Assembly (NCBI RefSeq): GCF_902713615.1
Contig: NW_024056010.1
Location: 124,001 to 188,000, forward strand
Direction of reading: 5' to 3'
Source: Scyliorhinus canicula
Taxonomy: Eukaryota
DNA: 64,000 nucleotides
In this document: positions 1-10,792 of the stretch, one piece after another
Position numbering within the stretch: position 1 is the first letter of the stretch
Layout of the letters: each line of letters begins with the position of its first letter
Notes under the pieces: generated by a model
The model's database searches: none
What the model was told of the DNA's origin: nothing
What the model saw: only the letters and a program-made list of their open reading frames with translations
Made by a program: the position numbers and the translations under genes

Positions 1-490
1 TTTCCAATTGTTGCAATCCTTTGTTCATTAGTGTTATCTTTATCCCCTAGATTTGATCAACTGAACAATGAATGTAACTATATGATAAATTATGAATTTA
101 AAAAAGATTAACATTAGTTGATTAATATATCCTTACTTTATAGTTGATTAATGTAGTGACCAGAACTATACTCAGTACTCTTGATGTGCTCTATGTTTTA
201 TCAAATTGAAACATAATCTCCCTGTTCTTTCATTCTGGGCCTCAGACAAGAAATAAAAGTGTCCCAAATGCCTCTTGACCACCTGATCTACCTGTCCAGC
301 CACCTTCAGGAATCTATGGTTTTTGAATCCAAGGTCACTGTTCCTGTATAATTCTCAGCATCATCCCATTTATTCTTCATTCCCTTCTCTTCTTTACCCT
401 CCAAATTGTTGATGTCCATACTGCTGCAGATTGAATTCCATTTGCCATTTTTCTGTCCATCTGACCCAGTCCATTGATATCTTCCTGCTG
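1..490 (-). mobile_element. Degraded CR1-type LINE reverse-transcriptase fragment
   Basis: Minus strand of 400-490 reads QEDINGL..W..KWQMEFN, the CR1 RT C-terminal motif also seen in ORF 32307-32915. Confidence 0.6.
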
Positions 491-599
491 TCCATGGATT
501 TATTCTGCATAATAATAATCTTTTACTGTCACAAGCAGGCTGACATTAACGCTGCCACACTATGGCGCCTGCTCGGGTACACAGAGGGAGAATCCAGAA

Positions 600-725
600 T
601 GGCTGATGATTTTCAACTCCTGATGAATCGATAGACTCTGTTTGGACTTGACATGATGTTTGATTTGAATTTCCCATCTGCAATCCTAAAAAGTGTAAAA
701 GAAGTTTACATTGAATTACTTAGAT
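600..725 (-). pseudogene. Remnant of the zinc-finger cassette (splice-acceptor/linker part)
   Basis: Reverse complement (tgtaaacttctttt...gatgggaaattcaaatcaaacatc...ttcatcagga) resembles the pre-finger module at 9095-9210, 31935-32040 and 41285-41400. Confidence 0.5.
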
Positions 726-1009
726 TCTACAATGCACAAACAGGCCAGTTGGTCCAACTGTTCTGCTGCTGATTATACTTGACACACATCTCCTTCCATC
801 CCATCCACCTCATCTCAGCCTGTCAGTTAATCTTTCCATTCCCCTTTCTCATGTGCTTGACCCATTTCCTTTTGGAAACATTCCAGCACTTTCCTCAACT
901 CCCTCCTTGGAAAGAAGTTGCACATTCTGATCCAGTGAATAAAGAAATGTGTCCATATCTCCCCTTTGGATTTATTAATAGTTCTCATTATTCGTATTTA
1001 TGACATCGT

Positions 1010-1640
1010 TTATAATAATAATCTTTATTATTGTCACAAGTAGGCTTATGCAATGAAGTTACAGTGAAAAGCCCCAAGTGGGGCAGCACGGTGGCATTGT
1101 GGATAGCACAATGGCTCCACAGCTCCAGGGTCCCAGGTTCAATTCCGGCTTGGGTCACTGTCTGTGCGGAGTCTGCACATCCTCCCCGTGTGTGCATGAG
1201 TTTCCTCCGGGTGCTCTGGTTTCCTCCCACAGTTTAAAGATGTGCAGGTTAGGTGTATTGGCCATGATAAATTGCCCTTGGTGTCCAAAATTTCCCGTAG
1301 TGTTGGGTGGGGTTACTGGGTTATGGGGATAGGGTGGAGGTGTTGACCTTGGGTAGGGTGCTCTTTCAGAGCCGGTGCAGACTTGATGGGCCAAATGGTC
1401 TCCTTCTGCACTGTAAATTATATGACCAAGTTGCTACACGCCGCCAACTGTTTGGGAACACAGAGGGAGAATTCAGAATGTCCAATTCAGCAAACAAGGA
1501 CATCTTTCTGGACTTGTGGGAGGAAACCAGAGCACTCGGAGGAAACCCACACCCACATGGGGAGAACGTGCTGACTTTGCACACAGTGACCCAAACAGGA
1601 ATTGAACCTGAGTCCCTGGCGCTGTGAAGCAACAGCGATT
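1010..1640 (-). mobile_element. V-SINE with (AAT)n-type tail, split by a nested SINE
   Basis: V-domain core gggaggaaaccagagcac..ggaaacccac; tail region matches the copies at 15045-15345 and 25565-25870. Confidence 0.75.
1081..1424 (+). mobile_element. V-SINE (HE1-like) nested antisense in another SINE
   Basis: tRNA-like head gggcagcacggtggc, V domain and CR1-like tail; candidate TSD ccaagt at 1074-1079 and 1426-1431. Confidence 0.85.
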
Positions 1641-1969
1641 GTCATTGTCCTGTGTCAAGCGTGAAAGCGGCAAATCCCGCACCTTTAATCAGTGGTCACC
1701 ACTGTGCTACCATGCCGCCCATGGTTATTCCTGGCTCCTAGTTTTCGACACCTTTACAAGTGGCAGTATAAACCCCACCTCTCCCCAGCCCAACTATTTT
1801 AAAGCTTTGTATCAGGTAATGGCTGAGTGACTTGATTTCTCAAGAAAATAAGGCCCAATCTATTTAATTTTTTGCCAGATAGCTGTAATCTCTGTTTACA
1901 AAAATCATCAATATGCATCCAGGTTAGAAATTGAGGAGAGGAACCTTCCTTTGTTTGAGTTGAACGTGC

Positions 1970-2660
1970 GCCTGCGCGGTTGCTTCTTGTGTGAAGATCC
2001 GGCACCCCAAGAGCCCCGCCTCTCATTCACTGATTGGTTGGAGAACCAGCCACTCTCGTTCGGTCCTCCAACCAATCCCCTTTTCCTCCTATTGTTGCGG
2101 AGCTGCCGTCAATCATTGCCGGGGCATTGTGTGGTGTCAGGTGAGAGGTCAGTGTCGGGGGGCGGGGTTTACAAATCCCGAATGTGAAACAATGTTATTA
2201 TTGACCAATCAGCGAGTCAGCCTGAGCCTGTGGCCGCGCTTACCGTCTGCAACCATCACAATGCCGGGCTGATTGACGGCAGCTCAGAACCAATAGGAAG
2301 AGGAGGGGCATGATTGGAGGACCCACAGAGAGCGGCTTGTCCTCCAACCAATCGGAGTGAATGAGGGCGGGGCCCCGCGGTTATTGAAGCATGCGCAGTG
2401 TGGATAATGGCGATCGAGAAGGGTTGTCTTCAGATCTGAAATTGGTAAGAGCCAAGTAGCAATATGGAGAGAGCGAGAGATCGCGCGAGTGGGAGGAAAC
2501 GTTCTGTAAAGCTGTTGCAATCGCAAACCTCGGAAAGTTTTACGGGACTCAGTTTGTATCGAGCGGAGCTGCAGCTCCTCATATTCAGCTCAGGTTAACG
2601 GCCGCCATCTTTATTGGATGTGCATCAGGGCGCATGCGCATTTCTCATCTTTGTCGGGGC
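1970..2660. promoter_or_regulatory. CpG-rich promoter region with two opposed cassette copies
   Basis: Several CCAAT/ATTGG boxes, GC boxes, TGATTGACGG, GCGCATGCGC (NRF1-type) and GCCGCCATCTT (YY1-type). Confidence 0.65.
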
Positions 2661-2757
2661 GATGTTTCAATGAGTGGGAGGGGCTTGTTCCCCATTGTTT
2701 AGAATATGGAGATGCCGCCTTGGACTGGGCTGGGCTCAGGGTGAAGTCTGACAACAC

Positions 2758-3365
2758 GGGCAGCACGGTAGCATGGTGGTTAGCATAAATGCTTCACAGC
2801 TCCAGGGTCCCAGGTTCGATTACCGGCTGGGTCACTGTCTGTGTGGAGTCTGCACATACTCCCTGTGTGTGCGTGGGTTTCCTCCGGGTGCTCCGGTTTC
2901 CTCCCACAGTCCAAAGATGTGCGGGTTAGGTGGATTGGCCATGCTAAATTGCCCGTAGTGTCATAGAACATAGAACAGTACAGCACAGAACAGGCCCTTC
3001 GGCCCTCGATGTTGTGCCGAGCAATGATCACCCTACTTAAACCCACGTAACCCGTATACCCGTAACCCAACAATCCCCCCATTAACCTTACACTACGGGC
3101 AATTTAGCATGGCCAATCCACCTAACCCGCACATCTTTGGACTGTGGGAGGAAACCGGAGCACCCGGAGGAAACCCACGCACACACAGGGAGGACGTGCA
3201 GACTCCACACAGACAGTGACCCAGCTAGTGTCCTAAAAAGTAAGGTTAAGGGGGGTTGGGTTACTGGTATGGGGTGGATACGTGGGTTTGAGTAGGGTGA
3301 TCATTGCTCGGCACAACATCGAGGGCCGAACGGCCTGTTCTGTGCTGTACTGTTCTATGTCTATG
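2758..3365 (+). mobile_element. Young V-SINE, interrupted at 2963-3225
   Basis: Nearly identical to the copies at 12841 and 52793; (ctatg) tail. Confidence 0.9.
2963..3225 (-). mobile_element. 5'-truncated V-SINE nested antisense in the same subfamily
   Basis: 7-bp TSD TAGTGTC at 2956-2962 and 3226-3232. Confidence 0.9.
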
Positions 3366-3728
3366 TCCTAACAACAGGTTTATTTGGTATCACGAGTTTT
3401 CAGAGCGTAGCTCCTTCATCAGGTGAGTGAAGAGTTCGGTTACAGGATGACAGCCAATGATGAAAGGTGATAATTTGAATGTCCAATCACTGCTCCTGGA
3501 GAGAGGGTTAATCACAGGTTAAAGAGGTGTGAATTGTTCAGGAGCAGTTCAGTGGGAGATCACTGGCACAGTTTTCCCACTGGTTAACACTTTAAAAGCC
3601 CAAACCATTTGATCCAATTTCAACACATTGTTATTGGCGACGGGTAGTTTAACTGTTCTGTCCAGGAAGACAAAAATCACTGTTCACCTGAACTTGCTCA
3701 GACCCCAACACGTTAACATCTCACTGTC

Positions 3729-4075
3729 ATGGAATCATAGATTTTACAGAGGAGAAGGTGGCCATTTGGCCCATCGAGTCTGCACCGGCTCTTGGAAAGA
3801 GCAGCCAAACCAAGCCCACACCTCCACCCTGTCCCCATAACCCAGTAACCCCATCCAACAGTAAGGGTGTTTTGGACACGAAGGGCAATTTATCACTGCC
3901 AATCCACCTAACCTGCAAGTCTTTGGACTGTGGGAGGAAACCGGAGCACCCCGAGGAAACCCACGCACAGGGAGAACGTGAAGACTCCGCACAGACAGTG
4001 ACCCAAGCTGGGTATCGAACCTGGGACCCTGGAACTGTGAAGCAATTGTGCTAACCACTATGCTACTGTGCTGTC
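3729..4075 (-). mobile_element. V-SINE
   Basis: Head, V domain and CR1-like tail present; absent from the paralogous site near 38910. Confidence 0.85.
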
Positions 4076-4299
4076 CTTGTTTGGCCTGTTGTCAATCACA
4101 GCCAAGACAACTGTGATGGAGGGCCTGTACTATTTAGTTGCTGTATTAATTTATTTAATACATTTGTTCCCTTGGCACAATGGTACCAATCGTAATCGGT
4201 TGGTAAAGCATACTTTCGATCAGCAATGGTGGAATTATTACCCATTTGTGCGTTGCAGCTGGGAATGTGCTCTATCCTCATCACAGAACTTCTTCACAC

Positions 4300-4640
4300 A
4301 TGCGCTGTTTGGTCTGTGACTGGAGCACGTGCCGTTCGGGCTGTGACCAGCGCATGCGCAGTTCAGGCTGTCGCAAGGAGCGGGAAAGAAACAATCGAGC
4401 GACTTTCAGGATTGGAGCCGATGGGTGGCCGGGGAGCAATAGTAGCTGCGGAGCGAGCCGAGAGGCTTCATAAATACCCCGTGGAGGCTTCAACTCCTGA
4501 GTAAAATGTTAACGGTCCCGTCTTAAACAGCACCGAACAGAGTGAGAGCTGAGCGGTGACAGGCTCGCTTTACCGCCCGTCATCTTTACAGAGGACAATG
4601 TGCTGCAGGGCTCATGTGCTGCGAGCCTGGACCGGATACC
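4300..4640. promoter_or_regulatory. CpG-rich segment, probable promoter/first exon of the ZNF at 5685
   Basis: GCGCATGCGC and ATTGG motifs; inverted paralog at 38340-38700. Confidence 0.55.
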
Positions 4641-4739
4641 AGCTCTCCAGGATTGACTGGAGTCTCCAAGATTTGATTTTATTCATTTGTGGGAGTCACT
4701 GGCTGGGCCAACATTTATTGCCCATCCTGAATTTCCCTG

Positions 4740-4930
4740 ACTTGTACAATCCGTGAATGGAAACAAATTTTCTTTGTCCACCTGATTGAAACCTGGCATA
4801 ATCTTGTGGACCTGAACCAAATCTCCCCTCAACCTCCTTTGCTGGAACCATTCTGGCAAATCTCCTCTGCACCTTCTCCGAGAACCTTCCCATCCTTCCT
4901 GAAGAGTGGTGACCGGAGCTTTATAAAGAT
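4740..4930 (-). mobile_element. CR1 LINE ORF2 fragment
   Basis: Minus strand reads LRGDLVQVHKIMPGFNQVDKENLFP, a CR1 C-terminal motif. Confidence 0.6.
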
Positions 4931-4931
4931 T

Positions 4932-5280
4932 CATAGAATAGAATTAGAACCATAGAATTCCTACAGTGCAGAAGGAGGCCATTTGGCCCATCAAGTCTGC
5001 ACTGATTCTCTGAAAGGGCACCTGTCTAGGCCCACACCTCTACCCTGCCCCTGTAACCCCATAGCCCCACCTAACCTGCATATCCCTGGACACTAAGGGG
5101 CAATTTATCAAGGCCAATCCACCTAACTTTCCCTTCTTTGGACTGTTGGAGGAAACCTGTTGGTAGAAACCCACGTAGACACGGGGAGAAAGTGCAAACT
5201 CCACACAGACAGTCACCAAGGCCAGAATTGAACTCGGGTCCCTGGCACTGTGAGGTAGCAGTGCTAACCACTGTGCCACC
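4932..5280 (-). mobile_element. V-SINE with CR1-like tail
   Basis: Head ggtggcacagtggttagcac, V domain and (tctatg) tail. Confidence 0.85.
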
Positions 5281-5684
5281 AGAAGCATAGTTTCTGTGTC
5301 AGTATTACTGTTGATGAAGCTCAACATCGAAGTTGCTTTGCCAACTACTCTCTTAATATGTCTTGGAGATATACAAAATCCCTCTTCACCTCTTTCTCTC
5401 TCCTCCCAAAGAGGCCAGGTGGGTTTTTATGACAATCCAGCAGTTTTCATGGTCACTTTTTACCAGAGCCGGCCCCACAAATGACCAGATTCATTCAGCT
5501 CAATTTCACAAGCTGCCTTTGTGTTTTTGTGGGTTCTCTCTCACTCCCTATTTTCTGTTTTCAATCAGTTTCACAGGGTGTTCGAAGGGGAGGCTTCAAA
5601 GTCTGGAAACTCAAAACAAGCATCACATCAGGATCCGACAGAGTCCTCAATTTATTGTATCCTGAATATCAGCGTACTTTGAAA

Positions 5685-6465
5685 ATGGAAGGCAAAAGCA
5701 TTGTTCACAGTGGGGAGAAACCGTACACATGTGTGTGTGGACGAGGATTCAGTCAATCATCAGGCCTCACAAGCCACAAAAGCAGTCACACGGAGGAGAA
5801 ACCTTGGAAATGTGCGGACTGTGCGAAAGGATTCACTTCCCCATCCAAGCTGGAAACACATCGACGCAGTCACACTGGGGAGAGACCATTCACCTGCTCC
5901 AAGTGTGAGAAGGGATTTGCTCATTCATCGAACCTGCTGAGACACCAGCGACTTCACATGGGAGTGAGACCATTCACCTGCTCCACGTGTGGGAAGGGAT
6001 TCACTCAGTCATCCGCTTTGTCCACACATCAGCGAGTTCACTCCAGGGAGAGACCATTCACCTGCTCGGTGTGTGGGAAGGGATTTACTATTTCAGCCAA
6101 CCTGCTGAGACACCAACAAGTTCACACTGATGAGAGACCGTTTCAATGTCCAGACAGCAGGAAGTGCTATAAAAGTTCTGGAGAACTAATGAGCCATCAA
6201 CGTGTTCACACTGACGAGAGACCGTTTAGGTGCTCTAATTGCGGGACTGGGTTCAGACACTCCTCAGCTCACTGTTCATCAGCGAATTCACACTGGGGAG
6301 AGGCCATTCACCTGTTTCAATTGTAGGAAGAGATTCACTCAGTTATCTGCCCTTCAGAACCATCAGCGAATTCACACTGGGGAAAGACCATTCACCTGCT
6401 CGGTGTGTGGGAAGGGATTCACCACTTCATACCACCTACTGAGACACCAACGAGGCCACAAGTAA
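5685..6465 (+). pseudogene. C2H2 zinc-finger gene A, 9 fingers, frameshifted
   Basis: Acceptor tttcacag ending 5576; ATG 5685; TGE(R/K)PF linkers; frameshift near 6262 in finger 7; finger 1 one residue short; finger 6 Cys->Ser; stop 6463-6465. Confidence 0.85.
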
Positions 6466-6919
6466 CCACAGTGAATGGATTTTGCTGTTACTCACATTCA
6501 GGACTGAACCATGTTCATTTGGGTCTCTTTCTGCTTATAACAAACATGTATTTTCTTGAATTTTGTTTAATTCCCTTTTCTTCCATGTACTGAATAATCT
6601 GTTGAGCTGCTTGCAGAAAAATACTTTTCACTGTACCTCGGTACACGTGACAATAAACAAATCCAATCCAATCCAAACTCCAGCCCATTTACAGGAGCTA
6701 ATATTTTGTGTAAAAGTCAAATAAATTAGATTTGTGTTAAATATGCAGTGTGTTGAAACTTGTTAATATCTCTGACACAAGTTAGTTCCTTTTGAAGTTC
6801 TCTCGCTCTCCCCTGTCTCTTCCATCCTCACCTCTAACAAGAAGTGTGAGGAGTTTGTGGAGTTACTTTGTGACTGAGATTGAGTAAATCCGATCAGCTG
6901 CCTCTGCTGCTTCCCTCCC

Positions 6920-7330
6920 TTCCACGAGCCCACCGGACCAAACTGTCTCTAAATTTCATCCTTTCCCAAGCTCTGAACCCACATCTTTACCAGTTTCTTT
7001 CCCATCTTCCCATATGCCCTCTCAGAGCTCATCTTGTCCATGAGACCCAGCTCCTGCTCCATCGACCCTATTCCCACTGAGCTACTGATCAGCCAACTAC
7101 CCTGTGTCCATGGATATTGTCAAAATTTCTCTTTCTTCAGGTACTGTCCCTCTCCTTCAAATCTGCCATCATCACCCCCGCCTCAATAAAACAAACCTTT
7201 GACCCTGCCATCCTTACAAATTACTGCCCCATCTTCAACCTCCCACTCCAGTCCAAACTCTTTGAACATGATGTCACCTCCCAAATCCATGCCCATCTTT
7301 CCCAGAACTCCCATGTTTGAATCTTCAAAC
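6920..7330 (+). mobile_element. L2-clade LINE RT fragment
   Basis: Translates to IDPIPTELL...FKSAIITP...DPAILTNYCPIFNLP..SKLFE. Confidence 0.65.
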
Positions 7331-7344
7331 AGGTCTCTGCCCTG

Positions 7345-7670
7345 TCACAGTAATGAAATATGTTCATAAGACCAGAAGACAAGGGTAGCAGCACAGTCGT
7401 TATCGAGAGACAACAATACCTGCTGGAGACAGACAGACAACAGAACAACACAAATAACAACACCAAGCTACCGACACCCATATACCCGAGACAGGAAGGA
7501 GAATTGGAGACGGACTGGAAGAACTCAAAGACTCCAGACATATTAACCAAAAACAACAGCGAGAACCAAGGAAGTTCAACTGCTCCCTAAACTACCCAAA
7601 CACATGGACAGTACCAGGGAAATACCACCAGACAAACCCATCGGTTCAGATTGTGAGAGAGAAAATCCGA
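7345..7670 (+). mobile_element. Penelope-like RT fragment
   Basis: IRPEDKGSSTVVIERQQYLLETDRQ resembles the PLE motif I(K/R)PADKG..VV.....Y..E..RQL. Confidence 0.5.
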
Positions 7671-7675
7671 CAGAA

Positions 7676-7935
7676 TCATAGAATTTACAGTGCAGAAGGA
7701 GGCCATTTGGGCCATCGAGTCTGCACCGGCCATCGGAAGGTGCACCCTACTTCAGTCCATGCCTCCACCTTATCCCCGTAACCCAGCAACCTTTTTTTAG
7801 ACACCGGGGGGCAATTTAGCGCAGCCAATCCACCTAATCTGCATATCTTTGGACGGTGGAGAAAACTGGAGCACCCGGAGGGAACACACAGACTGTGCAA
7901 ACCCCACACAGTCACCTAAGGCCGGAATTGAACCC
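7676..7935 (-). mobile_element. V-SINE (partial)
   Basis: V domain and CR1-like tail. Confidence 0.8.
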
Positions 7936-7939
7936 AGAT

Positions 7940-8060
7940 CAGGGGTTATGGGGAGAAGGCAGGAGAATGGGGATAAGAAAACATCAGCCATGATTGAATG
8001 GAGGAGCAGATTTGATGGGCCGAGAGGCCTAATTCTGCTCCTATGTCTTATGATCTTATA
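7940..8060 (+). mobile_element. CR1 3' terminal fragment
   Basis: ggggagaaggcaggagaatggg...gaatggaggagcag...ggcctaattctgctcctatgtcttatg. Confidence 0.6.
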
Positions 8061-8279
8061 GGTCACTGGCGCTATGATGCAGTAGTGCTAACCGCCGTGC
8101 CACATCTGTGGTGAGCGAAACAGAGTTAATGTTTGTTTTGCTAGTTGTAACAGTTTTGTAGAAGGATCAACGGAATCTTAAAAAGTCCATTGAAGTGAAA
8201 AGAAGTAGAAAGAAAGTGTTTAACTCAAGAGGTTTGACACAGGAAGACGTTTTAATCTGTGTGAAGCTCAAACTTCATT

Positions 8280-8660
8280 CCCACAAAGCCTGCAGTCTGA
8301 TTGGTTGGAGGACCAGAGTCCATATGGTCCTCCAAATCTTCCCATTGGTCAACACCACTCAGACAGGAAATGAGGTTTTGGAACCCGCTCCCACGTGACC
8401 AATGGGAAGAACTCAAAGTGCAGCGTCTCAACCAATGAGGGAGATCCTGGATCAGCCCTGCCCCTCATTCACGATGATTGGTTGGAGGATCAGCCACTCG
8501 TGCTAGGACCTCCAACGCTGTCCCCTCTTCCTATTGGTCCGCAGCTGCCGTCAATCACCCCGGGCATTGTGATGCGGAGCATGCGCAGTGTGGCTGCTGG
8601 ACATGGATTTCAGCGCTTGTTTGTCCCGGAGAAGCGGAGTCAGCGTCAGACGGTGGGTGG
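8280..8660 (+). promoter_or_regulatory. Promoter cassette and probable non-coding exon 1 of ZNF B
   Basis: Several CCAAT boxes, CACGTG, GCCGTCAATCA and GCATGCGC; donor-like acg|gtgggt near 8652. Confidence 0.7.
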
Positions 8661-9462
8661 GAGGATCTGGAAACACTTTGTGGGTCCGCAAACCCATCAC
8701 CATCATTGTCAGCTCCCTGGTTTGCAGCTGCGGGGCTAAAATCAATGAGGACTCTGATCTCTGGCAAGGAAGGAAACCCTGGCAGGTGGGCGGGGAGGAT
8801 TCACAAACACCCGCTGGAGGCCCCAAACCCCCAATAAGACCCATTGGTTTTATAGTCAGTCTGCAGACAGGAGCTGGAGAACTGAACCCAGGCAGAGGAG
8901 AGGGAGGGAGAAAACTGGGAGTGGAGGAAAGAAATGGTGCAGATGGTGAGATGGGTTTGGATTTCAGCCCAGGGAGGAGGGAGAGTGTGTGGGACGGGGA
9001 TTTACAGCTTTGGGGGAACAAGAGAGGGAAAAATGTTCCAGAGAAACTAGAATTGTCTGTTCAGAATTTCTATCCTGGGCTGACAGTGATGACTTTTGTA
9101 AACTCCTTTTACAGAATATTGGAAGTGGAGGATTGGCCAACAGGAAACTCAAACTAAACATCTCATCGACCTCTCAAAGAGTCACTCAATTCATTACAAC
9201 CTGAACATCATCAGTGAAAGGTAAAATGTTTGTCTAGTCTGTGGGAAAAGATTTCAAACATTAGTGACTGGAAAAGCATCGAGACACACACACCTGAGTG
9301 AGAATGTTCCAGTGAACTGACTGCAGAAAGAACTTTAACCAAACATACAGCGTGAAAAAGCATCACACCATTCAAAGTGAGGAGAAGCTGTACATGTGCT
9401 CTGTCTGTGGACGAGGCTTCAACTTATAATTCAACCTGGAGAGACACAAGGACACCGGCACC

Positions 9463-10137
9463 ATGGAGAAACCATGGAAATGTGAGGATTGTGGTAAAGG
9501 ATTCAATTATCCATCCTTGCTGGAAAACCATCGACGCATTCACACTAGAGAGAAACCATTTACTTGCTCTGTGTGTGGAAGGGGATTTACTCAGTTATCC
9601 TGCTTCCAGTCACACCAACAAACCCACACAGAAGAGAAACCGTTCAGCTGCACCGCCTGTGAAAAGAGGTTCAGGTCTTCGTCCAACCTCACTGCACACC
9701 AGCGAGTTCACACTGGGGAGAGACCATTCAGCTGCTCTGTATGTGGAAAGGGATTCACTCGGTCCTCCCATCTGCTGGAACACCAGCAAACGCACAGCGA
9801 GGAGAGGCCGTTCAGCTGCAATACTTGTGGAAAGAGGTTCAGGTCTTCACCCAATCTCATTGCACATCAACGGGTTCACTCTGGGAAGAAACCATTCATC
9901 TGCTCTGTGTGTGGTAAGGAATACACTCACCCATCGAACCTGCTGATACACCAGCGAACTCACACAGGGGAGAGGCCATTCACCTGCTCAGTGTGTGGGA
10001 AGGGATTCACCAAGTCCTTTAACCTAGTGATACACCAACGTACTCACACTGGGGAAAGGCCGTTCACCTGCTCCGTGTGTGGGAAGGGATTCACTCAGCC
10101 ATCTAACCTGCTGACACACCAGCGAATTCATAAGTAA
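9463..10137 (+). CDS. C2H2 zinc-finger protein B, 8 intact fingers, 224 aa
   Basis: Open [13 protein letters not shown]...HQRIHK; acceptor ttttacag ending 9114; decayed fingers upstream of the ATG. Confidence 0.85.
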   Translation: MEKPWKCEDCGKGFNYPSLLENHRRIHTREKPFTCSVCGRGFTQLSCFQSHQQTHTEEKPFSCTACEKRFRSSSNLTAHQRVHTGERPFSCSVCGKGFTRSSHLLEHQQTHSEERPFSCNTCGKRFRSSPNLIAHQRVHSGKKPFICSVCGKEYTHPSNLLIHQRTHTGERPFTCSVCGKGFTKSFNLVIHQRTHTGERPFTCSVCGKGFTQPSNLLTHQRIHK

Positions 10138-10339
10138 CTGCAGGGTTTGGATTCAATAGTTTCACTGCTGTTAATCACGTTTAGGATTGTTAGTCTGATA
10201 ATATTTGGTTTGCTCCTGTTGATGTTAACAAATCCTATAAATGGCTGGTATTTAAATACCTTCAGACATGTCACTGATCTTTGGGGCTGTGATGTCCCTT
10301 TTTGAAAGCACCGGCTGTGATGTTTCCCTTTGATTCAAG

Positions 10340-10560
10340 AACGCCACCACCTGGAAGTTCACCTCCAAGTCACTCACCATCTCCACCTGGAATTATATCG
10401 ACATTCCTTCACTGCAGCTGGATTAAAATCTTGGAATTCCCTTCCTAACATGGTTGGACTGCAGCAGCTCAGGAAGGCAGCTCACCACCATCTTTTCAAG
10501 GGCAATTAGGGATGGACAATAAATGCTGACCGAGCCAGCGACACCCACATCCCATCAATG
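10340..10560 (+). mobile_element. LINE/SINE 3' tail fragment (L2/CR1-type)
   Basis: caagggcaattagggatggacaataaatgctg..agccagcgacacccacatccc; related pieces at 38060-38130, 38250-38305 and 4680-4740. Confidence 0.5.
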
Positions 10561-10792
10561 ATGTTTTTAAAAGTCTCAACAAGAACTCATTCACAAAATT
10601 ATGAACTTTCAGTTCAATCCTAAATTGATCTTTCACGGAGTCTCTTGCCAACTCTACATGGCTCCCCATTGCCATTTGAACTCCAATCACTTCACTCCTC
10701 TGTGTTGGTAGTTTTGAAACCAATCGTTTTAATGTAACCCAACTATTTTCAGGTTAATTCAATTTAGATTCATTGTCATGAAAGGTTAAAAT

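Larger units (their letters stand above)
2743..3540 (-). mobile_element. Penelope-like terminal repeat split by SINE insertions
   Basis: 3371-3425 and 2743-2757 (reverse complement) match the two ends of the 42994-43077 element. Confidence 0.6.

Noticed and set aside
1081-1150. tRNA genes
   Set aside because: The tRNA-like A/B boxes here and elsewhere are SINE heads followed by SINE bodies, not complete cloverleaves.
8588-9157. 189-aa ORF and its 124-aa paralog at 31639-32013 as a novel N-terminal domain
   Set aside because: They run through the intron module up to the splice acceptor, and their starts and lengths differ between copies.
9313-9315. Selenocysteine (UxxC) zinc finger suggested by the conserved TGA at a Cys position
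   Set aside because: The same block has other in-frame stops and copy-specific frameshifts, and no SECIS was recognised. An inherited nonsense mutation is simpler. A SECIS search plus Ribo-seq would be needed to revive the idea.
9377-9946. Alternative-frame ORFs overlapping the zinc-finger arrays
   Set aside because: Shadow frames of the periodic finger repeats.
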